Shown here: positions 57,023-64,000 of the stretch, piece by piece
Layout: each line of letters begins with the position of its first letter
How positions within the stretch are numbered: the stretch's first letter is position 1
Origin: Patescibacteria group bacterium
GTDB taxonomy: Bacteria; Patescibacteriota; Minisyncoccia; UBA6257; UBA9933
Length of the DNA: 64,000 nt
Direction: 5' to 3'
NCBI GenBank assembly: GCA_038065035.1
Contig: JBBTRV010000007.1
Location: 2,382 to 66,381, forward strand
Notes under the pieces: model-generated
Databases searched by the model: none
What the model was told of the DNA's origin: nothing
The model's input: the letters and a program-made list of their open reading frames with translations, nothing else
Translations under genes and position numbers: made by a program

Positions 57023-60000
57023 ATGAAGTTTGTGCATCTCCATACTCATTCCCATTATTCTCTTCTTGACGGCCTGGCAAAAATACCAGACCTTATTGCC
57101 CGTGTCAAAGAATTAGGCATGGACGCGGTTGCTATAACCGACCATGGCAATCTTTACGGCGCGGTTGAATTTTATAAAGAAGCGATTAAACAGGGCATAA
57201 AACCAATTTTGGGAGTAGAAATTTATGTAGCGCCGAAAAGCCGCTTTGACAGAGACGGCAAAAAAGACGACGACCGGTATTTTCACCTGACGCTTTTGGC
57301 GGAAAACGATATTGGCTGGAAAAATTTAATTCAATTGGTTACCAAAGCTAATCTGGAAGGATTTTATTACAAGCCAAGAGTTGATAAAGAATTATTAAAA
57401 GAATTCCATGAGGGTATTATTGCTTTAAGCGGCTGTCCGGGCGGGGAAATTTCGCAAGCGATTATCAATGATGATTTTGAAAAAGCCGAAAGTCTAGCGA
57501 GAGAATATTCTGATATTTTCAGCAAGGATAATTTTTTTCTGGAAATCGGCCATCATCCGAATATTCCGGATATCGCCAAATCGTCTCTAGGCATAAGAAA
57601 ACTCTATGAAAAAACAAAAATTCCCTTGGTTGCCACTCAGGACATTCATTACTTAAAAGCTGAAGATGCTCAATACCATGATATTTTGCTGGCGGTGCAA
57701 ACCGGCAATAAATTATCCGATGACGACAGGCTTACTTTAAAAGCCGATGATTTTTCAATGCGTTCGCCTGAACAAATGGCTGAGGTTTTTAAAGATTTGC
57801 CTGAAGCGATTGAAAACACCGCGAAAATTGCTGAAAGATGCAATGTTAAATTAATTCTTAATCAAATACTTCTGCCATCTTTTCCCTTAGAAGAAGGAAC
57901 AATGGCAAATCAATATCTGGAAAAATTATTGAAAGAAAAACTTCCGCAAAGATTTTCTAGTCCTGACCAAAAAGTAATCGAGCGTTTAGAATACGAATTA
58001 AAAGTTATAGAAAAAACAAAATTTGCCGATTATTTTTTGATTGTGCAGGATTTCGTCAATTGGGCAAAAGAGCATGGCATTGTTGTCGGGCCGGGCCGGG
58101 GTTCGGCGGCAGGCAGTTTAGTGTCTTATGTTTTAGGAATTACCGATATCGACCCTTTGAAATATGATTTGCTTTTTGAAAGATTTTTGAATCCCGAACG
58201 CATTGCTATGCCTGATATTGACATTGATTTTGCCGACAATCGGCGCGACGAAGTTTTCGCTTACGTCCGTCAGAAATATGGAGAAGACCGCGTTGCCCAG
58301 ATAATCACTTTTGGAACAATGGCGGCGCGAGCTTCAATCAGAGACGCCACTCGGGCAATGGGGCTTCCCTATGCTTTAGGCGACCAAATTGCCAAGCTAA
58401 TTCCATTTGGATTGGAAATAGAAGAAGCGTTGAAAAATGTTAAAGAATTAAGCGATTTATATGAAAGCAATCAGGATGCGCGAAAAGTTTTGGATGCTGC
58501 CAAGCATTTGGAAGGCGTGGCAAGGCACGCATCAGTGCATGCTTGCGGCGTGGTAATTAGCCGCGACCCGCTTACTAATTGGGTGCCTTTGCAATACGCG
58601 CCGCAAAATCAAAATATTATTATAACTCAGTTCGAAATGTATAAAATTGAGGATATTGGCTTGTTAAAAATGGACTTTTTGGGACTTAAAAATTTGACGA
58701 TAATTGAAGAAACAATTCGCCAGATAAAAGAAATGAAGGGCGAAAGTATTGATATTTCCAAAATTCCGCTTGATGATAAAAAAACTTTTGAATTATTCCA
58801 GAAAGGCGAAACAGTTTCTGTTTTCCAATTTGAATCTGAAGGTATGCGCCATTATTTGAAGGAGTTAAAGCCGACTGAATTTGAAGATATTATTGCCATG
58901 GTTTCGCTTTACCGGCCCGGACCAATGGAACTTATTCCATCTTATATTAAAAGAAAACATGGTCAGGAGCCAATTGTTTATTTGCATCCAAGACTTGAAC
59001 CGATTTTAAAAAATACTTATGCTATCGGCGTTTATCAGGAGCAAATGATGAGAATTGCCAGGGATTTGGCCGGCTTTACATTGCCTGAAGCGGATATTTT
59101 GCGTAAGGCCATTGGCAAGAAAATTAAAGAATTATTGGACGCTCAGCAAGAAAAATTGATAAATGGAATGATTAAAAACAACATTGATGAAAAAATAGCC
59201 CGAAAAATTTGGGAATTATTTCCGCCATTCGCCAAATATGGGTTTAACAGGTCGCATGCCGCTTGCTACGCTTTAATCGCTTATCAGACGGCTTATTTGA
59301 AAGTTTATTATCCAATTGAGTTTATGACAAGTTTGTTTAACGCTGACAGCGGCGACATTGAAAGAATCGCTTTTTTAATAAGCGAAGCGAAAAAAGCCGG
59401 CATTATTGTTTTGCCGCCGGACATCAATAAAAGTAATGTTAAATTCGCGCCGGAAGATAATGGCATTAGATTCGGGCTTTTAACGGTTAAAAATGTCGGC
59501 TTAAATATTGTCGAAGCGATTATTGAAGAAAGATTAAGAGGTGGAGAATTTCAAAATTTCGCCGATTTTCTAAAACGGGTACTTCATAAAGATTTGAATA
59601 AGAAATCTTTGGAAAGTTTGATTAAGGCCGGCGCGTTTGATTCAATGAAAGAAGAGCGGGGCATGCTTTTGGCGAATATTGATAATATTTTGGCTTACAG
59701 CCAAAGCGTGAAAAAATTTTCGCTTTCATCGCAAAACAGCCTTTTCGGCGGAAATATTACTAATGGATTTTTGAAATTAGAACCGGCGCCAGCCGCGACC
59801 AACAAAGAAAAACTGGCTTGGGAAAAAGAGTTGGTCGGGCTTTATATCTCCGAACATCCTTTAAAGCAGCACATGCAGAGATTATTGACCAGTAAAGTAA
59901 GGGCGATAAACGATATTAAGAAAAATAAAAATACCAGCGACATTTTCCGAATTGCTGGCGTGATTGCTAAAATTCAGAAAATTATCACTAAAAACGGCCA

Positions 60001-60181
60001 ATCAATGATTTTCGCCAAAATTGAAGATTTAGGAGACGGAATGGAAGTTTTGGTATTCAGCGACGTTATGAATAAAAATTTGCCATTGTGGAAAGAAAAT
60101 AATGTTGTGATTATTGAAGGCAAGCTTTCTTGGCGAGATGATGAGCCGAAATTGATAGCGCAAAGCGCGGTAGAACTATAA
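57023..60181 (+). CDS. dnaE: DNA polymerase III alpha subunit
   Basis: HLHTHSHYSLLDG, GRGSAAGS, PDIDID, KMDFLGL, YGFNRSHA. Confidence 0.97.
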   Translation: MKFVHLHTHSHYSLLDGLAKIPDLIARVKELGMDAVAITDHGNLYGAVEFYKEAIKQGIKPILGVEIYVAPKSRFDRDGKKDDDRYFHLTLLAENDIGWKNLIQLVTKANLEGFYYKPRVDKELLKEFHEGIIALSGCPGGEISQAIINDDFEKAESLAREYSDIFSKDNFFLEIGHHPNIPDIAKSSLGIRKLYEKTKIPLVATQDIHYLKAEDAQYHDILLAVQTGNKLSDDDRLTLKADDFSMRSPEQMAEVFKDLPEAIENTAKIAERCNVKLILNQILLPSFPLEEGTMANQYLEKLLKEKLPQRFSSPDQKVIERLEYELKVIEKTKFADYFLIVQDFVNWAKEHGIVVGPGRGSAAGSLVSYVLGITDIDPLKYDLLFERFLNPERIAMPDIDIDFADNRRDEVFAYVRQKYGEDRVAQIITFGTMAARASIRDATRAMGLPYALGDQIAKLIPFGLEIEEALKNVKELSDLYESNQDARKVLDAAKHLEGVARHASVHACGVVISRDPLTNWVPLQYAPQNQNIIITQFEMYKIEDIGLLKMDFLGLKNLTIIEETIRQIKEMKGESIDISKIPLDDKKTFELFQKGETVSVFQFESEGMRHYLKELKPTEFEDIIAMVSLYRPGPMELIPSYIKRKHGQEPIVYLHPRLEPILKNTYAIGVYQEQMMRIARDLAGFTLPEADILRKAIGKKIKELLDAQQEKLINGMIKNNIDEKIARKIWELFPPFAKYGFNRSHAACYALIAYQTAYLKVYYPIEFMTSLFNADSGDIERIAFLISEAKKAGIIVLPPDINKSNVKFAPEDNGIRFGLLTVKNVGLNIVEAIIEERLRGGEFQNFADFLKRVLHKDLNKKSLESLIKAGAFDSMKEERGMLLANIDNILAYSQSVKKFSLSSQNSLFGGNITNGFLKLEPAPAATNKEKLAWEKELVGLYISEHPLKQHMQRLLTSKVRAINDIKKNKNTSDIFRIAGVIAKIQKIITKNGQSMIFAKIEDLGDGMEVLVFSDVMNKNLPLWKENNVVIIEGKLSWRDDEPKLIAQSAVEL

Positions 60182-60223
60182 ATAAAATAAGGCCAGTGAT
60201 GCGTAAACGCGTTCACTGGCCTT
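60181..60223. terminator. Probable bidirectional terminator
   Basis: AAGGCCAGTGA...TCACTGGCCTT; U-rich tail on the minus strand. Confidence 0.8.
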
Positions 60224-60407
60224 TGATCACAAATAGTCATCCAATATATTTATTTTTTTTATTGGTGCCGGACTTATGGCAAATTGAATACTAACTATGT
60301 TGTTGCTTCATTGAAGCGTATCCATTTTGCGATAAGCCTTTTGGCTTTAATCACCTTCTTTCTATTCCAGTTCAGGGATTTTTTCGTCTTCTGCCTGGGA
60401 AGTTTCG

Positions 60408-60461
60408 TTAAATAAATTGTACTCCGATGGTTAGTGCTACTGCAGGTGCTCGTATCATCAT
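60408..60461 (-). CDS. Putative 17-aa peptide MMIRAPAVALTIGVQFI
   Basis: AAGGAGGTGA SD immediately upstream of ATG ATG; the only SD-led ORF in the unit. Confidence 0.45.
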   Translation of the reverse strand: MMIRAPAVALTIGVQFI

Positions 60462-60494
60462 TATCACCTCCTTTTATTAAGTTGTGAAAGAGCA

Positions 60495-60750
60495 ATTTAC
60501 CTCAAAAGTTTAAAATCCGGTGAAAACTTTTGAGGGTGACGCCTTGCCAGTAATTTTTATTGGGCAATATGGCGTCTATTAAATTAATTAAATATAATTA
60601 ATTTATTTTTCCATCTGTCGGCGTATTCGCCTGGCTTTCATAGGGCGCTAGCTTACCCTACGGATGGACAGGTAACCGGATTGTCCCTAACCTGTAGGTT
60701 TAGATAGTCGGTTTCTAGAAAACCTCTATCATCCCTAAATTTCCTATAAT
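60495..60750 (-). ncRNA. Candidate structured RNA or long 5' leader
   Basis: Five stem-loop domains directly after a consensus promoter. Confidence 0.55.
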
Positions 60751-60756
60751 TATATA

Positions 60757-60784
60757 ATTATACTCATATACAAAATCTTGTCAA
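60757..60784 (-). promoter_or_regulatory. Consensus sigma70 promoter
   Basis: Minus strand TTGACA-16 nt-TATAAT. Confidence 0.75.
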
Positions 60785-60918
60785 GGGGTGGAGGCAGTAT
60801 TATTTTCCGTAATCTTTTTCTGTTCTACTGGTTTTTTAGCCGGTAGAAAATATTTCTTTCTTTTCTTTTTTCGGGAGTATTCATTTTTACGCCCGACAAA
60901 AATTACATTTGCCATCAT
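60781..60918 (-). CDS. Small basic protein, 45 aa (MMANVIFVGRKNEYSRKKKRKKYFLPAKK...)
   Basis: AAGGAGGTGA SD overlapping the upstream stop. Confidence 0.55.
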   Translation of the reverse strand: MMANVIFVGRKNEYSRKKKRKKYFLPAKKPVEQKKITENNTASTP

Positions 60919-60919
60919 C

Positions 60920-61039
60920 TCACCTCCTTTTCTTATTCTTAATTTTTAAAAGAATTAGCCACGTGATAACCGCGCCAAAAATAGATGATCCGAGAATAAG
61001 AGTAAATAATATTATTGTTTGTGATGTTTCTGTTGACAT
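60920..61039 (-). CDS. Small single-TM protein, 39 aa (MSTETSQTIILFTLILGSSIFGAVITWLILLKIKNKKRR)
   Basis: AAGGAGG SD; TM helix followed by a basic tail. Confidence 0.65.
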   Translation of the reverse strand: MSTETSQTIILFTLILGSSIFGAVITWLILLKIKNKKRR

Positions 61040-61104
61040 GATTATTTCCTCCTTATTTTATTTTGATTTAATGCTTAAAACAAGTTAACATATTTTTATT
61101 AGTT

Positions 61105-62079
61105 ATGTCAAATCAATTTTCAAAATCCAAAATCATCGTTATTTTAGGGCAAACAGCGAGTGGCAAATCCGAATTGGCGGTAAAAATCGCCAAAAAATTC
61201 AATGGCGAAATTATTTCTGCCGATTCAAGGCAGGTTTATAAAGGCCTTAATCTTGGTTCCGGCAAAATTACCAAAAAAGAAATGCAAGGCATTAAACATC
61301 ATCTTTTAGATGTGGTAAGTCCGAAAAGAGTTTTTACCGTGGCGCGATATCAAAAATTAGCTAAAAAAGCCATAAAAAAAATTTTGAAAAAAGGTAAAAT
61401 GCCGATTATTTGCGGCGGCACCGGGCTTTACATTGACGCTTTGATTTATGATTGGCAATTGCCTGAAATTCCGCCCCAGCCGAAATTAAGGAAAGAATTG
61501 GAAAAAAGGACAACAAAAGAATTATTTAAAAAATTGAAAAAACTTGATTCTCGCCGGGCGAAAAATATTGATAAAAATAATAGAAGGCGGTTGATTCGGG
61601 CCTTGGAAATTGTTTTAATAACCGGCAAGCCAGTATCGTCTTTTCAAAAAATATCTTCTTATGATGTTTTGCTGATTGGCATCAAAAAATCTCCGGAAGA
61701 ATTAAAGAAGCTGATTAAAAAAAGATTATTAAAACGGTTAAAGCGTGGAATGATTAAAGAAGTAAAAAATCTTCACGAAAAACAAAAATTGAGCTGGCAG
61801 CGGCTGGATGATTTTGGCTTGGAATACCGGTATGTTTCTCGCTTCCTTCGTCAGCGAGCGCAGATTAGCGCAGACAGAACGCAAAAAAACGTAGAAAAAA
61901 AACAAGCTGTCCAAAAATTAATAAATGAAATGATAGAGACGATTGAAAAAGAATCTTGGCAATATGCTAAACGCCAGATAACATGGTTTAAAAGGAATAA
62001 AAATATTTATTGGATTTCTGAAACGGATGAAGCGATTAAATCAGTAGAAATTTTTTTAAGCCAATCTATAAAACTATAA
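61105..62079 (+). CDS. miaA: tRNA dimethylallyltransferase
   Basis: GQTASGKS, ISADSRQVY, HHLLD, GGTGLY, YAKRQITWF. Confidence 0.97.
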   Translation: MSNQFSKSKIIVILGQTASGKSELAVKIAKKFNGEIISADSRQVYKGLNLGSGKITKKEMQGIKHHLLDVVSPKRVFTVARYQKLAKKAIKKILKKGKMPIICGGTGLYIDALIYDWQLPEIPPQPKLRKELEKRTTKELFKKLKKLDSRRAKNIDKNNRRRLIRALEIVLITGKPVSSFQKISSYDVLLIGIKKSPEELKKLIKKRLLKRLKRGMIKEVKNLHEKQKLSWQRLDDFGLEYRYVSRFLRQRAQISADRTQKNVEKKQAVQKLINEMIETIEKESWQYAKRQITWFKRNKNIYWISETDEAIKSVEIFLSQSIKL

Positions 62080-62172
62080 AAGGTTGATTTATTTCTTATT
62101 TTATTATAGTCTTGCAGTTGATTCAGAGAGGCATGTAGAAGAACTTTAATTTATAAATAAGGAGGATTGGAA

Positions 62173-62556
62173 ATGGGAAAAAAAATTTTAGTTGTGGACG
62201 ATGATATTTCCTTAAGAGAGATGTTAAATTTAACTTTAAAAACGTTAGGATATGATGTTTCTCTCGCGGAAAACTGGAAAAAAGCGTTGAATTTATTAAA
62301 ATCCGAAAACTTTGATATTTTAATGACGGATTTTCAGATGCCGCCGATGGAGGGCATTACAAATGGGATTGAATTAATCAGATTTGTAAAGTTAAATGAA
62401 ATCAATTCCGAAATGAAAATTATTTTGATGTCGGCAGAAATGAATGAAAGTATTGAATTAGTGGCTTTGGCTGCTGGCACCGACGCGGCGGTAAATAAGT
62501 TTGAAATATGCCGCATAGAAGCAATAAAAAAGCTATTAGAATTAGATATTTCTTAA
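62173..62556 (+). CDS. Stand-alone response regulator receiver (CheY-like)
   Basis: ILVVDDD, TDFQMP, MSA, NK; SD AAGGAGG. Confidence 0.9.
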   Translation: MGKKILVVDDDISLREMLNLTLKTLGYDVSLAENWKKALNLLKSENFDILMTDFQMPPMEGITNGIELIRFVKLNEINSEMKIILMSAEMNESIELVALAAGTDAAVNKFEICRIEAIKKLLELDIS

Positions 62557-62576
62557 TAATGGAATATTTTTCCTCG

Positions 62577-62610
62577 GCCCTTCTGGTATTCGCGTCGGAA
62601 GGGCTTTTTT
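62577..62610 (+). terminator. Intrinsic terminator
   Basis: GCCCTTCTG...CGGAAGGGC-TTTTTT. Confidence 0.8.
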
Positions 62611-62643
62611 ATTTCGATTTTAAATTAAGGTATAATTAACACG

Positions 62644-64000
62644 ATGGCCAACCAAGAAATCGCGAAAATTTTTTATCAAATCGCCCGTTACTTGGAAATG
62701 GACGGCGTGGCTTTTAAACCATACGCCTATGAAAAAGCGGCTTTGATTTTGGAAACCATAAAAGACGATGTCGTGGAGATTTACGCGAAAGGCGGAATTA
62801 AGGCGTTGGAAGAAATACCGGGAATCGGCAAAAGCATTGCCGAGAAAATAGAAGAATATCTGAAAAAAGGCAAAATCAAATATTATGAAGAGTTAAAAAA
62901 GCAAATGCCTTTAAATATTGATGAGCTTATAAGAGTTGAAGGCTTAGGGCCGAGAAAAATAAAAATCTTATACGAGAAATTAGGAATTAAAAATTTGAAA
63001 GATTTGGAGAAAGCGGCCAAAGCCCATAAAATCGCGCCTCTTTTCGGATTTGGCGAAAAAACCGAGCAGAACATTTTAGAAGGCATTGAATTCGCCAAAA
63101 GAGAAAAAGGCAGGTTTTTACTGGGCGACATTTTGCCGGAAGTGGAAATAATTTACGAAAAGCTGAAAAATCTGGAAAGCGTTGAGAAAATAAGTTTGGC
63201 AGGGTCTTTAAGGAGAATGAAAGAAACAATCGGCGATGTTGATTTTCTGGTAATTTCCAATAATCCTCGGTTGGTTATGGATTTTTTTATTTCTTTACCC
63301 GGAATTGTTAAAGTCTGGGGCAAGGGAGCGACAAAATCTTCAGTCCGGATGAAAAACGGCTATGATGTGGATATCCGCGTTGTACCGTCAAAAAGCTATG
63401 GCTCGGCATTGCAGTATTTTACCGGCTCAAAAGAGCATAATATTATTTTGCGCAAAATCGCTATTGATAAAGGATACAAACTTTCGGAGTATGGTTTGTT
63501 TAAGAGTTCAAAAATGATTGCCGGAGAAAATGAAGAAGATATTTATGAAAAACTGGGGCTCCAATGGGTTCCGCCGGAGATAAGGGAGAATACCGGCGAG
63601 ATTGAGGCAGCTTTGAAAAATAAATTGCCAAAACTGGTAGAATTAAAAGACATCAAGGGTGATTTGCATACGCAAACGAATTGGAATGGCGGAGCCAATT
63701 CAATAGAAGAAATGGCGGAAATAGCGATGGCAATGGGCTATGAATATATCGGCATTTCTGACCACACGAAATTTTTAAAAATTGAGCACGGATTAGACGA
63801 GAAGCAGATATTAAAACAAAGAAAAGAAATAAATAATATCAACTCAAAACTCAAAACCAAAGGCCAAAAGCTAAAAATTTTACACGGTTGCGAAGCGAAT
63901 ATAATGTCTGATGGCTCTATTGATATTAAAGATGAAGTTTTGGCGCAATTGGATTATGTGATTGCCGGCGTTCATTCACAGTTAAAAATGCCAAAAAAAC
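62644..64000 (+). CDS. polX: DNA polymerase X with PHP domain (truncated by the window end)
   Basis: Own translation: MANQEIAKIF..., IPGIGKSIAEKI, AGSLRRMKETIGDVD, QYFTGSKEHN, PPEIRE, ISDH. Confidence 0.93.
   Translation, partial: MANQEIAKIFYQIARYLEMDGVAFKPYAYEKAALILETIKDDVVEIYAKGGIKALEEIPGIGKSIAEKIEEYLKKGKIKYYEELKKQMPLNIDELIRVEGLGPRKIKILYEKLGIKNLKDLEKAAKAHKIAPLFGFGEKTEQNILEGIEFAKREKGRFLLGDILPEVEIIYEKLKNLESVEKISLAGSLRRMKETIGDVDFLVISNNPRLVMDFFISLPGIVKVWGKGATKSSVRMKNGYDVDIRVVPSKSYGSALQYFTGSKEHNIILRKIAIDKGYKLSEYGLFKSSKMIAGENEEDIYEKLGLQWVPPEIRENTGEIEAALKNKLPKLVELKDIKGDLHTQTNWNGGANSIEEMAEIAMAMGYEYIGISDHTKFLKIEHGLDEKQILKQRKEINNINSKLKTKGQKLKILHGCEANIMSDGSIDIKDEVLAQLDYVIAGVHSQLKMPKK

Noticed and set aside
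60295-60495. Track ORF of 66 aa on the minus strand
   Set aside because: TTG start with no SD; the SD inside it points to the 17-aa frame
60181-60750. RNase P RNA, tmRNA, SRP RNA or c-di-GMP-I riboswitch assignment
   Set aside because: Only fragments resemble them (AAGTCCGGCACC, GGCTTAT, CTATGAAAGCCAGG), in the wrong order or without the other required motifs; no tRNA-like ends
1772-63229. Numerous 60-160 aa track ORFs antisense to or nested in long genes (e.g. 1772-2128, 30911-31393, 48465-48896, 62883-63131)
   Set aside because: Shadow frames of well-supported genes, with no SD or motif support
1-64000. Alternative genetic code (TGA read as Gly or Trp)
   Set aside because: TGA ends several intact genes (xer, dksA, mutM, pyrG, secE, gatB), and conserved genes are uninterrupted in code 11

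Overview
AT-rich bacterial chromosome segment, standard genetic code. Gene content points to a Patescibacteria/CPR (Parcubacteria-like) genome; this is an inference from the compact genes, the relaxase-free VirB4/PrgI/VirB6/pilin cluster, the membrane-anchored Clp ATPase and rplK without rplA. Core genes: uvrA, uvrC, glyA, rtcB plus archease, murE, ruvA, rpsT, pnp, rpsO, a Xer-type recombinase, comM, pcrA, rsmA, mutM, pyrG, holA, gyrB, secE-nusG-rplK, gatB, dnaE, miaA and polX (truncated). No rRNA, tRNA, CRISPR or transposase was seen. The most unusual signals are outside the gene list. (1) Several short repeat families (a 16-bp palindrome, CCTTCGAC..CTCAGG/GTGAGC..GTCGAAC hairpins, 7-9-nt tandem units) sit in frame inside many housekeeping genes. 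(2) A two-copy ~140-nt element has conserved loops and covarying stems. (3) Six accessory cassettes carry strong SD sequences and their own terminators, most with a boxA-like TTGACAA leader, whereas many core genes look leaderless; one cassette is bracketed by a perfect 15-bp inverted repeat. (4) A ~570-nt promoter-to-terminator, highly structured unit encodes only a 17-aa peptide. All calls come from reading the sequence; no searches were run.
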